Below are positions 1 through 18,700 of a DNA stretch of 64,000 nt, one piece after another. The DNA is taken from the NCBI GenBank assembly GCA_030141605.1, contig JAQGDQ010000028.1:806001-870000 (forward strand), in the 5' to 3' direction. The position numbers and the translations under genes are program-made. Positions within the stretch are counted from its first letter, which is position 1. The number at the start of each line of letters is the position of its first letter. The DNA is from Tubiluchus corallicola (taxonomy: Eukaryota > Animalia > Priapulida). The notes under the pieces are model-generated. The model worked only from the letters and a program-made list of their open reading frames with translations. It made no database searches and was not told the origin of the DNA.

Positions 1-1011
1 AAAGGTTTCGATCTGCAAAGTGGAGCAAAAAATACCATCATCAGGTACTTACTATTTATATTAATTATACTGTTAGATGATTAATTAGTTTAACCTTTCT
101 CGGGATAGAACAATGTTTCTCTGGATAAAAATATTGACAAATTTGTAAAGCAAGGTGACACAAGCAAGTACTAGAACAGGTTAATGCAATAAATATAATT
201 GGAATAGCCTGGTTACCTTTAGATAATAAACAGGTTGTAACAAAGGAACTCAAAATAGTATATACAATGATCAACATTCAAAAATAGCCTATTAAAGTAA
301 AGCAAATTATTCAAAAAAGTCAAAAATAGCTATTGGATCCCTAATTGGCATTCCTTACAAAAACTTGCAGGTACATGTAATTCTACAGTTTGAAAACCAA
401 AAGAACTCTCCAAAAAGTCTAATACTTTTTTGTATATTGCAGCACTCTGCAGGGTGAAATCCAGCATTTACAACAAGCCTTACTCATAATGTTTGTAATG
501 AGACCAGAACCTGTCTCATTATCAAGGCCAACCCTCTGAGATGAAACAGTGAACCGGAAAAGGGTGTCTTAGCTAGCTGCTGCCTTCAGACATAAACAGA
601 AATTGCACCCTCTCTTTGCAAGGAATTTTTTTTAACTTAATCAAAATTAATACTGGCAGTGCTCCAATCTTAAGCCACAAAATTCTACTGATGCTAATAA
701 TATTATAATGATGAGCCTAACTTAAAAATAAAAACAAAAATACGTAAAGTGGTTAGTAACATTTTTTAAACTGCAACTACTGATGAAGAAAAAACACAGA
801 AACTTGCTAACAATAAATAATTACCATAGGTCAGTAATTTAAGGAGCACATTTTAAAATGCAACAAATTCCATAACTGATTCACTGCATGCATAAAAATA
901 TATCATAACATGTTAATAATAACATATTATAAAATTATATTGTATTTTAAAAAAAAATAGGAATTATAACAGACAACAGAAGCGTATTTGATTTTGTAAA
1001 CAAAAAAAAAC

Positions 1012-6190
<5,179 letters not shown>

Positions 6191-7549
6191 AGTCCTAATT
6201 AGAGTTAGATTGTTCTAACTTATAAGGCTATATCAACATCGTGCCGTATCGCGTTTTTCCACTTTCATTAGAATTCTAGCAGCAAAGGATTCTATAATGT
6301 CCTATCCCTTTTAGGTTTGAATATGACGTAAATTTCGACAAAGGATTGACGTTCTAAGAACTTGTAGCTATTATTATCATAGTTATAAAGTTAAAAGCTT
6401 ACGAAACTCGGAGACAGTGGGTTACTGTAGTCCTTGTGAGGGCAAATGTTTGCTTTAGTCATATTACTTTCCGTACATGTCTCTCAGCACAATTAAATCA
6501 AAAAGGAAGAAATCCACATTTGGGCAAGACACTGAAACCCATTGCTTTTGGTGCAAAAGATCAAGCTCCGACATGAAAACATTGGGCAAAAGCATTTTGA
6601 CACTGACAGTTTTTTTATTTTGTGACTTTGACGTTTATTTACTTTTTGAGCTGAAGAGCAATGAGTTTCGAGGCCCAGCCTGGAACTTTCTCCCTCTGCC
6701 ACAGTTGAAGCTTATATGGCTTCATCCGTTTTCATTTTATTGTGTGTACACACATCCGGCAATCCAGTTTGATGTATGCGATTATAAATGTCTTACCCAC
6801 GCTCTGAACCCTTTCAGCATGAGCAAAAGTTAAAAACGTAGTATATAAATTAAACATGACACATCATGATACATCAATTCAAAATTGAAAATATACAAGG
6901 TAATCGTGCAGTTGAAAAATAATGATTATGTGCATGTCAGTACTAGCTTTACCGTCTGCTTAATTGTATTTCTCTGCACATTCCTAGAGGAACAACACCC
7001 AGAAGAGCTGCTTTATAAACCAAGTTTCTTTATTTAGGCTTCTACATCTGGTGTAAAGCACCATTTGGCGATGACGTATTAGCAGATCAGAAATCCTTTT
7101 TCCAAAACTGCGTTAATTGACATTTTATTTTCTAACAGTAACGGCACGACACTACAGCCTCTTTTGGATAATTTGTATAACACACGCATGTGCCCTATAA
7201 CTATTCTGCAATATAGGCTAGCTGAACTCCCAATCGGTGAGGAATATTAAGTGCATTGTCCATAATATCATTTATGTACTATTTTTATCATCAGTATTAT
7301 TGGCAAGTTTTGAAAGTAAATTAATTGTCAGGCTGACAGAAACATTATAGCTGTAGCTTGTAATAAGAGCATACGTAAAAGCATAATATAAACACGATAT
7401 TGGAACTTATAGAATAGACCATAAACACCTGACACCTTCAACTGGGATTCTTTTCAGGAAATTGTTGATTTGATTTTGAATCCCGTTTTTATAAGAATCG
7501 TTGAAGGACATGTATATTATTTTATTTTAATTGTCCATACCTCTGTCTT

Positions 7550-7816
7550 GATCTGTACAATAAAGTCAAGGCAGAGGAATGGACAATTAAAATTAAAAGG
7601 AGAAGATTAAGATGGATAGGACATGTTATGCGACTACCAGATGACAGTCCATTAAAGTTAGCTTTCAAAGAAGCACTACAGAAAGAAAAGAAACCGCAAG
7701 GAGGACAGCTGCTGACTTACATCAATTTCATCCAAAAAGATTATATCAACACACCATTAGATATCAAAAATACAGAGACATGGGAGGTTGCGGGTGGCAG
7801 GGCCGCATGGATTTAA
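7550..7816 (+). mobile_element. Non-LTR retrotransposon (LINE) ORF2 C-terminal remnant
   Basis: Translates as DLYNKVKAEEWTIKIKRRRLRWIGHVMRLPDDSPLKLAF; the RRLRWxGHVxR motif is typical of the region downstream of the RT domain in LINE ORF2. Confidence 0.6.
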
Positions 7817-8517
7817 GTGATCATGAGGGTCATGTGTGACTCCAGAGATGATATATTATACTGTCATGATTATTGGTTAAGCGAATACACTCATAGAAAC
7901 CCCATACTCTTCCGTAAAATATTGTGGATTAACAATTTAAACTTTACTATGGTTGGTGCGGCAATCGCCGCGACAGGCAGATTCTCAAATCACCGCATGA
8001 ACATGCTTGCGATTTCCTAACTGAGAAAACTAACTAATCCGACCCATAGAACGGGCCATATGACTGGCAAGGCAATTAACGTCACGTTGCGTCGCTGCGC
8101 CACCTATGAAGGAGTAAAATCACTTCTTAAAATTCTTCTCTAAAAGAAGCGCCTGTTATTGTTTAAAGAGTAGTGTCACGTGTTTGTGGTACTTTTTACC
8201 TTTAGTCTAATAGTTTTTGCAAGCTAGTTTCATCCAATAAACTGCAGCAGAATTTGCGTAAATGAAAGTTTTAACTACAAACGTATGCAAAAGTTAAGAA
8301 AAAAAGTTATTGACATTTTTGAAAAACTGTCCTCTTCCCTGGGATTTTAGAATGGTTTCGCCTGATGATGTCATCTCGGCCGATACTGCCGGCGACCAAA
8401 GAACCTCGCCTTGTATAATTGGTGCTTTACGTGTTTTTATCGTTGTTTGCTTTTTCAAAAAATGCTTTGGTGTTTTTGTTCTACTTGCAAATTCTCGTCA
8501 TAGAAGTCAAAGCCGTG

Positions 8518-11500
8518 ATGGGCCAAGAAGTGTCAAGAACGGATTTTGAATGGGTTGCTTCAGACGAACCCCATGCTTCTCGGAGGAAAGAGATATTGAG
8601 TGAGTTACACTGAGTTTACAGAAACAAAATTTTCATTGATAATGGATACATTGCACTGGAATTAAGTAATTACTTACAAAATGGCGATCGAATTGATTAA
8701 TAGTAGTGTTTAAGGCTACGTTCAATTTTCAAATAATTAGAATTATAGACAAGCATCTATACAAGTTACAATGTTCACTATAGCAAGCCTTGAAAATCCC
8801 AACTTTGTTGTTTAAATTAGTTTCTAACTTAGGCTAATTTTGATGTTATGGGGAAACCTCTTTTTTATAATTTAAATTTGTTTATTTTCTTGGTTAATTA
8901 TTGCCCTTGCTATATACAGGTGGCTTTGATGTTGAGCCCTCAATTTGCTTTTGAGATACTAACATTTTGAATACTAATCACATTATCTGGCAAGGCATTC
9001 CAGCAGGGAATAACTCTTTCGGTGAAAACGTGACCTGTTATGTTAGTACAATAGAAACCCTGGAACAGTTTCATCGAATATCCATGTAGATCATAGTGAC
9101 GATGAGTCGGGACAAAAAAGTTATCTTTACTCTAAATGTCAACTCATTCAAAATTTTGTAGAAATGAATGACATCTAGTTTTGAGTCTCTAACTGAGTGA
9201 GGTGACGTCTACAACTTGTCCATCAGTCATAATTCGAAGATAAGTTGGGATATAAGTCTATATATTCAAATCTTTCACTTCGGTTGGCTGATTAATTTCG
9301 GACCCACAATGTTTGTATCTAAAATCGTACTTGGGTCTAATGCAAAGTGCAGAACACTTAATTGGCTTTGGGGTCAAAAAAAGATACAACTCACACCATC
9401 TTTCTACCTGGAATGCAATGTTTTGTAGATTGACGCATTGTCAGTATGTATGTATCACCTTGTAGATTTTTACAATCTTCTACATATAATACTGACTTTC
9501 CATTAAGTTATCTGGGATGGTCACTATATTGATTAGGAAGCAGTATGATCCTGAAAGAGTTCGTTTAGGGGTACCACTTTCTACATGTGTCCATCCAGAT
9601 GAATTTTCAGCTTTAGCAACTCTCTATCAGTTCATCTTTATAATTTTATAGTCAACATAATGCATTATCATTATAATTGACAGGCCTGTGGTTTCATAGT
9701 GTATACTTATTATAGTCACTTGGTATTGCTGAAGAAAAGCATTATAAGCTATTCATGGGGTCATTAGAAACACTCAAGTGTTGAGCTTAGAAGTGTTCAC
9801 CGACCGTGTGGACACCGACACTGGCAGTGAAATTAGAATGTCATTCAAGTTGACGATATCAAGCTTGCCTTGATTTTTGCCAGTGTCAGTCATCATTTCT
9901 GTATGAACAGCCAATAATAATGTGTGCTGGTGACTCAGTTAAGAGTCCATTTACAGCGAGTGCCAAACTGTGCTCTATCACTAAAAACAATAAATTGTTA
10001 ATAAAAGGCATCTGTATATATAAGTGCATGTTAGCAGAAATTCCATGACTGTATGAAGATTGAGCCAGGAGGGGGAATTAGTTATTGTGGGTTTTGCACA
10101 GGGAAACATATAGGTACGTTGTAACTGAAAGGCAGAAATTTGTCAAGTAAGCGATCGTACTAGGTGTCATTGTCATTTGAATATAATATAAAAATTTATA
10201 AATTTGTATTTCTGCTTTTAATACCTAAAGTACTTGACATATTTCGTTTTGCCGCACATGCTAAAATAAACCCTGTTTTCATACAAGGTTTTTGGGACTA
10301 TTTCTGAAACAAAATGAACACACCTTTTACAAATAGGAGTTAGTTACTTTATCTGCAAAGTAACTGTCTGTGAAAACTCAAAACTGATCATGTGAACAGA
10401 GTTCAGTGCTTTCATTGTCATTGGTTTGTAGGACCATGTGGACTGGGCACAACATAATAACAGTACCGTTTCAGGAACATGTTAGTTATGTATCACATTG
10501 AACATAATCACTGCATACTTGCCACAGCAATTTAGAAGTTCAACTATTGTAGCAGTTGCAAACCGGTCAAACCGATCTTTATTCATTTTTGTACAATTTC
10601 CGACATTTGTTACTACAGTGTAGTTATATCTTAACTTAAGTGGACAGACACGGTAACTTACTAGTAACAAATGCAAGAATGTTCAATGTTGCCTAAACAA
10701 TTAAGTCTAGTGAATATCTCTGAATGATTAATTAGATCATTGTTTTGTTAATTATTTATTGTCAGTATATAAGTGGCAAACCCTGGCATATGCAGAATGG
10801 TGGGCTGCCAGACACTGTGCCGTAAATAATAAATAACTGAGTAATTTATTATGAATGAGCAACATAAGTGACTTTTTATTGCACTTTCGGATAGATTTTA
10901 ATGTTCTAAGTAAGTAAGAATTAAAATAAAAAATTGAGTTTTTTAAATTTGCTAGTTTAATTGTATTTACAACTAAACTGGTAATTTTTATTGATAAATA
11001 GTTTATATGCTAATAGAAGATATTGATATATAGTTCATGTGCTAGATAGAAGATATCTAAGGTGGTGCAATTAGAAGCAGAGGCAAGATATGTAGCACTT
11101 TGCTAATTAAGTAAAACTTAATTTGTATCAATCTGTGTGAGTTTATATTTGCTACTTAGAAAGCTTTTTTTGTAAACATTTTTTGAGATATCTAACACTT
11201 GTATAAAGATTTTTTATTCTGATTTGTTTGCTTTCAGAGAAGTACCCGCAAATCAAGAAACTGATGGGCCACGATCCACATCTAAAGTGGACAGTACTCG
11301 GCATGGTTATCATGCAACTGATTGCATGTTTTCTCATCAAGAATGCCCCCTGGTGGTTGGTAATACTCGTCGCATACCTATTCGGAGGGACAATCAATCA
11401 CTCCATGATGCTGGCCATTCATGAGATTTCTCATAATCTTGCATTCGGTTACAACTATCCCTTCAGGAATAAGGTTCTGGGCATATTTGGCAATGTTATC

Positions 11501-12620
11501 ATCGGTGTGCCAATGTCTGTCGTATTTAAAGATTATCATTTAGAGCATCACCGTTTCCAAGGCGATGAGGTTTATGATGGTGATCTCCCAACACTGTTTG
11601 AGGCCAAGATGTTCCACAATACTTTCACCAAGTTTCTATGGGTTCTTTTGCAACCGTTTTTCTATGCGCTACGGCCGATCGTTACTCGACCAAAAGCGCC
11701 AACCACCTTAGAGATTATCAATCAAATCGTGCAGATCCTTTTTAATGTAGCAGTATGGCACTTCTTTGGTAGCAAAGCTCTGGTGTATCTCATTTCCGGC
11801 ACATTTCTTGCCATGGGTCTGCATCCTGTTGCGGGTCATTTCATATCAGAACATTACATGTTCAGAAAGGGTTATGAGACATATTCATACTATGGGGTGC
11901 TGAATGCGATTACTTTTAACGTCGGCTACCATAATGAACATCATGATTTTCCCAGTGTCCCAGGAAGTCGGCTACCCGAGGTTAGTACAGACTGTAATAG
12001 CTAATATGCAGTTGTCGCTGCTTAACAAAATGTATTTGTTAAGCAGCCAGCTGATTTTAGAACCGTTTAGTATATATATATATATCATATAGTTGCATAT
12101 ATATATATATATACTAAACGGTTCTAAAATACAGCTGGCTGCTTAACAAATGCATATATATGCTGCAGGGTATGTTCTGTTGATGAATATCTGATTTGGT
12201 GTCACTGATCAAAGTATAGTGGAAAGTTAGTAGGCCATCTACTTATTCTTTTCCTTTTTTCAACTTCTACTGAACATTCATTACTTTTTGTCCTTTCTTG
12301 TAAATTACCGAAATTCAGAGCCCTTTAAAGCCATTAGTGCTACAAAACGTTTGTTTAATAAATCAGTTTGTGTAAACTTATAAACATAGAGCTATTCTTA
12401 TGTTGAAATGTTTAATTTACATCAGGTAAAGAAAATAGCACCCGAGTTCTACGACGACCTTCCGCAACATCATTCTTGGGTCAAGGTGTTATATGACTTC
12501 ATCTTTGACCCGGACATTGGACCTTACGCTCGTGTCAAGAGACGTAACACAGGGAAAAAACCTCGGTTCGATGCTGCACCTGACTTAACAATGGTTAATA
12601 ATAATGATAAAAGTCGTTAA
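8518..12620 (+). CDS. DEGS1: Sphingolipid delta(4)-desaturase / dihydroceramide desaturase (DES1/DES2 co-orthologue), 339 aa
   Basis: Exons 8518-8599, 11238-11980 and 12426-12620 (82+743+195 nt), GT-AG. N-terminus [27 protein letters not shown] fits the MGxxxS myristoylation pattern. His boxes HEISH, HLEHH and HNEHH; conserved [21 protein letters not shown] and [10 protein letters not shown]. Confidence 0.97.
8940..9690 (-). mobile_element. Decayed CR1-like LINE fragment in DEGS intron 1
   Basis: The minus strand near 8970-9085 reads GYSMKLF...[19 protein letters not shown], a CR1 ORF2 C-terminal signature. Upstream RT-like remnants are degenerate and the boundaries are approximate. Confidence 0.6.
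9792..9912. mobile_element. Small MITE-like inverted-repeat element
   Basis: TGTTCA...GACACTGGCA (9817-9826) is mirrored by TGCCAGTGTC (9878-9887)...TGAACA; no coding capacity. Confidence 0.35.
12017..12154. repeat. Near-perfect ~55 bp-arm inverted repeat (hairpin) in DEGS intron 2
   Basis: TTTGTTAAGCAGCCAGCTG-ATTTTAGAACCGTTTAG(TA)n at 12035-12085 pairs with (AT)nACTAAACGGTTCTAAAATACAGCTGGCTGCTTAACAAA at 12097-12150. A third copy of GCTGCTTAACAAA lies at 12017-12029. Confidence 0.9.
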
Positions 12621-15600
12621 GAAAGTCAACATTTACAGTGAATGCGTTGTGTCTCCGTAGGTGGAAGCGAGCAATTTTAGTTGTGCGTATCAGTGTCATA
12701 ACAGAATTATTATATGGTTTTAAATCTATTACATGTTTGCGTGATTTCCGACAGCGAGTGTCATACAATATTGTTATTATACTCTGCATGTTCACTGATT
12801 GCATTTTTAAACTTAGTTTAAAAGTTTTAGGCTTAAAGTATTAAGTGAACACCAAAGTTCAAACATATTGCTTTACTTTTGGTATAGCTAGTCGTATGGG
12901 GTAGTAGAATTTTTGAATATGGTAGTTGTTCCACGAATTAAGCTTGTCAGTTACACTCCATGATGGGTCTTTGAATGTGCGATTGTTACAAACTAGTCTC
13001 ATTCCATAATTCATGATTATTGTGAGGAATTGTAGATTTTATTGTAAGGATCACTGTACTATGTGATGTAAATACTACCAATTGAGGACTTTATTAGAGG
13101 TACAATCAAGAGAGGGCTTTCACAGAATTGCTGAAGACCTAGTCACTATTCTTGGGTGCAGTTGGCGAATTTGCTTTACAAGTAGTCCGCTTTTGATCTG
13201 AAGTTATTGACCTAATGTCTATTTTTTGTGAAATGAAAACTTCACGGACATTGATTCATAATGTCACTTTAGAGGCCAGTAACACAATAAAAGTATATGG
13301 AGTTGGTGGTAGGGTTAGGTGTGTTTAGATAATATATTTTATCAAATGATTAAAAAAATTGAAAGATTTTTTATTCAAGGTACAATTAAGAAACTTGCTG
13401 CCTGTGTGTATAAAAATGCTATTGGACAGTGCTTTCTCATTTCAGAGTACTGAATAATAACAATATACACGTACTGATAAAAGTACTGTTCTGATCCCTC
13501 TTTGTGTACATGTTACTTTTCTAAATTAGCAAAAGTGTCAGCTCTTTTTTATGTAATTGCATAACTTAAGTGGAACGTTTTTGTTTTTTTGATGAGGCCT
13601 TAAGTTAAATAGGGGTAGCAGTCTGTGTGATTGAAACTTGGCAACCTTTGCAATTGTTAATTATACATTAATGTCTCGTTTATTTCATTACCAGTTTATT
13701 TGGTTTTGTAATGAATTTGATTGTTTTAGTATTTACACGTTTAGTATGTCATTTTGACTGAATCTCTTGTGTGGATTATGCTTTTTCACCTGAGTTGTAT
13801 GTCACTAAATAGACATGTATTCATTACTGTCATAAGCCACTTTAATTGAAATGCAAAATGTGTATAAATTTGTTATTAAGCTGAAACTTATTAGATTCGA
13901 GCTGTCTACTAATTTTTCAATGCAATGTAAGAGACTGTCACTATTATTTTAGTTTAAAACTGTTACTTTTGTTAATTATTGACTTAAATTCTAACTGTTT
14001 ATGATAACTGCTAAACTGTTTTTAATAATTGTTAAATGTTTCTTTGGACTAAGCAAGGCTGAAGTTAATAAAATGCGACATATCATTTTATTGTTATCTG
14101 AAACTAAAACTTGTATTATTATCTAGTCGAAATTGCGAACAAAATAATATGATAGTTGAGTTTGAATAAGATCTGATTGGCGCTTTTGTTCTATATAGAA
14201 ACAGATAATTATTATTGGCATTGTTAGTATTAATAACAAGTTTTGGGAAATAATTACATGTACTTTCGCCATAATTTATTTATGAATATTTTATTTTTAA
14301 AAATCCTCAAAGAACATTAATTAAGACAGTAAATGTTTTTATAGTTTACTTGATTAAATAGATTGAACATATCATTTTTGTGATGCTAGCCTGCATGTAC
14401 TCATGGAAAACATAGTATGTAAATGGTTATTCACTATGCTTCGTTAGTTCTTTGTTGCATGTTGAATGTGTTTTGGTCATATTTGTCATAGTCCAAACAT
14501 TACTCTACAGTATTTGATATCAACTATGACTGACTATGGTAATTTGTATTTCGCATCGCAGTATGCTATATAAATGCTTGTATGCTATATAATTTCTGCC
14601 GAGCTGTACTGTTTCTCTTTTTGTACACTGTTATTATCGTGCTGTAAGTTTCATGCTTATAAATGCTTTACTCGTAAAATAAAAGGTAATTCATTGAGAC
14701 ATCATTCATTCTTCACATCTATTAATCATCAAGTACTCTGTTTCCAAACATATGACATATAATACACAATTACACATGAAATCAACTTGTTCAATCCAAA
14801 ATTGGTTATTTGCTTTCTTTGGTAACGAATACTCCTTTGTGTCGCAGTGCCTGACTTGATGTTGACATCCTCACAAAAATTTCAAGTGATAAACAATTTT
14901 TTTAAGTATTTACAGTTTATTTTTTTGAACAATATTATATTTTTAGACACTATTGAATACAGAGCTTTAGTCGCATTTTTACGTATTTACAATGCTTTAT
15001 AAATTTGACATCATAATTTTTTTGTACACGTTTTCATGAATTCCACATTTTTTGCAAGGACTGTTACTGTAAGTTGTGTCACAAGTCTCAATTTTACATT
15101 TTGATAGTGACACAGGCACGGATTAATAGTACATGCATTTCTTTTATACTGAAATTAGCGCAACAAAAGATTTCTAATGGATATCTGTGAACACATTCTA
15201 TTATTTTGCATTTCAAACATGGATCCTGATTCCACATTTTAAATATTAAGCCATAAGTACTAAAGGGTAAAACTGCAGTCTTGTAATTCAAGGTACAGTA
15301 AGAAGTGCTAACATTAGTGATAAAACATCGATCAAATACAGCAACAGACTTCACTCTCACAATGTCGTACTATAATCTTGTATTTTTATATTTAAGAATT
15401 ACATCTGATTAAGGCACCTGCTATTGAACTTAGTAACCTAGTTACATTATGTCTCACCAACTTAATGTTTGGACCCGCTCTTTGCCCTGTGTAAGTACAC
15501 AAAGCAGAAGTTAGTAAAAATTCATTGCTTATTTCGGTGACTCAGAATAAATATGACTCAACATAAAGTAAAACATATTCACTCATTAAAGATGATTGCA

Positions 15601-15793
15601 TTGTTAATTTCCAATTTACAGAAGTATTCCGCCAGTGAAAATAATTTTTAGAAAAATAGAAAACTAATCTTTACCATTTAATTGTTATTGCTGGCGCTTT
15701 AAAATGCACAATAGAGAAACTAGAGCATGCACACTGTAAAAAGCGAACACATGGTGCAGTTTTAATATGCTGAAATATTCTTGAACGATTGTT

Positions 15794-18700
15794 TTAATAT
15801 CCAAATTTTTCGTTCAAATTTGTTCTGCCATCTCCACTTTGATCTGAAATAATAATTCTAATTAGCAAACTTCTAATCTTGAAATATATCACAATGCATG
15901 ACACAAATCATTGTAATGCTTTATAAGCTTCTGTCTTATCATTATCAGATAATGAGTCAATAACTGCCTGTAACCTGTCAGAAGGGTTACTTGCAAAACA
16001 CTTAGCATTTGCATTACAGCAGCAGTACATAGTACAAGTGGGTGAAAAATTGTGATCGTAGGACAAGGTCAGTGATATAACTCTTTATCTACTATGTCTT
16101 TTCAACATTACCAGCCCAAAGTGGGGGTAACGTTTGTAAGTTAATTTTTGTATCAATTTTCATAACAAAGAGTCTCAGATGGCTGACGCATTTGTTCTGA
16201 TACTGTAACCTAAACCAATTCTACCACAAGAGACGTGGGCGCGGCAAAAATTTGACGCACAAGCAGCTAAGAGGTCTGGGAGAGCTAAATTCTGGTACAT
16301 AGACTTCTTAAAACGTGAAAAATTCTGCTTTTATAAATATACTTTACCTACATTTACCTAGGTAATATTCATTGTATTCTATTGTAGTAGTCATATATCT
16401 TAAAAGCAAGCTCGTAATACAGTGCAATGCAGATGACTCATTATTTAAGCTTAATTTATTTAGTGTCAAGATTATCTATCCAGCAAAATGTAAATAGTCA
16501 AACACAAAACTGATTTGAGACTGTTAGGTTTACAGCCCACCCACTGTTCATACAAAATTTAATATGTTTGCATGCGTGCTAATTTTTCCCACTGGACACA
16601 GCTAAATGCAATTTTACTGCATTTAGACCATTTTGTGGTTGTTAGAAGCTATTTCCTCAGGCAAGTTCACTAGTTTAAAACTCATTGTGTCACCTCAAAC
16701 TCGTGACTCATAATTCCATGTGAAAGGGGGGACCAGGCCCTTTGGGCCAACCCCCTAAATGCAGAATAAAGACTGTCTAGATAACAGAAATCGATAGGCG
16801 AATCGACACTATGTAAGTGACATACATAAACATAACTTTACTCTGCAAATCAGCTGGCTGCTCAGGGATTGCGAAAACAAACAAGGGATGGTGTGTTTCT
16901 TAGTTACTGCTAAAAAACTTTATTTAGACATAAAAAAAATTTCTTAAGAAATTCTGTGGCCGCACATGCCTCAGTCGGTCTGCTTGCTGGCGCCCATGAC
17001 AACAGAGCACATAAAATTGTTTCAGAATATGTTAAATATTGCCAAAATTATCAGCAATCTATTAAACACACATCCCAGTATTTCGATCTTGCAGTTGCTG
17101 GAGTTCGGTCAACCTTTGATACTATAGACAGAGTAGTAGGTAATATATGGTAATATCACGTATACTAATAATGCAATGTTTACCATGAAAGTGGACAGGT
17201 CAGTAAAATGGTTACAGCAGGGCTCACTAAACGCTCATGACCATTCACATGTATTGACTAACGACTTCTTCAGTTACTCATAAACACATCCATTATAATA
17301 AGTAAATAACCTGACAAGTATATTTGGTGATATCACCTGTACATGTCTATGACGCCGCTTACTAATCAAACAATTACTAGGAGCATTGCACATTTCATTC
17401 ACAGAGTGGCAGGGCTAAGATAGTAGGTAAAAAAAGTATGTGTATTCAAAAATTTTTTGACTGGTAGCAGAAGAAGATCTATATACTTAGTTTATTTACT
17501 ATGTGTATTCGCATATAAATATCAGTTTGCATGCATAATTAGAATAATAAAATAATAATACATAACAATAACAAATACACATATACATTCAGTTAGTTAA
17601 AAAGGTTAATAACGTAGATATTACTTCTTCACTAGTAAAGCCGGGTATATGAAATTCATTGCAGACACTCCAATATAATAGATAGTAAACAATATCACAA
17701 ACACTATAATAATCATTTGTAAAATCTATTTCAGTAAGCAGAATGCAATTTTTCCCAAGTAGAATGCCGATTTACAACAGACATAGTATGAAATAGGCTA
17801 ATTGACAATTAGTTAATTTTTCTGTACAGTACTTGTGATCGTTTAGCTGCTAGGTTTATAAAAGATCTAATTCCAACAATACAGTGGGTCATACTAACAT
17901 GACTATTATTCGATAGTGACAATACATGACGCAAAGCTTTTGTAATTCAATGTTTACAATATTTACTGATTTATCAGATGAAAGTAAAATGAACAGCAAA
18001 ACGATTGGAACCGTTTCAATAAAACACGCTTATCTGTCACTGATTTGAAAAAAGCAAAGCATGGAATGTAGGATGTACAATGTTCATGAATTAACGATCC
18101 TGTTTTGTGAGCAAAATGTCTTTGCAGGGCATTTACTAGTAGCTGTGTTAGTCAAGTTCTGTAAATAGAATGCCAGCATATAAGCTAAATGTATACTGTA
18201 GAATGTACAGCATAATTGGAATGTCTGAAATAGTAGCAATAATTTAATCAGCCTTTAAGAACTCGGAAAAAAACTCACCTGAAGGGGGTAACCAGACAGC
18301 ATAATTAGGGTCATTAGCATCATAACCTCCTGATTCCCACTGCAATTTTTTCTGTCGTTTAGCCACCTACAGATTAAATGTAGTCTAGCTTAGTAGATGT
18401 TAGCATGCTGACTACAAAATATGTAAGAAATGTTTTTGAATGCAAATGTTACAAAAGGAATATAACCACATTTTACAACTCTTTCCTGTCAATAACCTAT
18501 TTTTAATAATTCAAAGTTAAACTGGACAGTGTTTCATTTCCAAATTTCTTCAACAGGAGGACACAAACATATGATAAGCACGTCAAGTAAACAAGATGAA
18601 TTTCCACATGCTCAAGATGTACATGTGACATTAGTCCATCTCCACATTTATAGCAACTACTTACTGAGCAACAAAAAACAACGGGGCTACAACAGGTAAT

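Noticed and set aside
6477-6833. 118-aa + strand ORF between YY1 and DEGS
   Set aside because: No recognisable motif or supporting splice structure; a chance ORF cannot be excluded.
13585-13640. TGATGAGGCC...GAAAC as a hammerhead ribozyme
   Set aside because: The core begins TTGATGA rather than CTGATGA and stem II cannot close next to GAAA. Other CTGATGA hits also lack the required stems.
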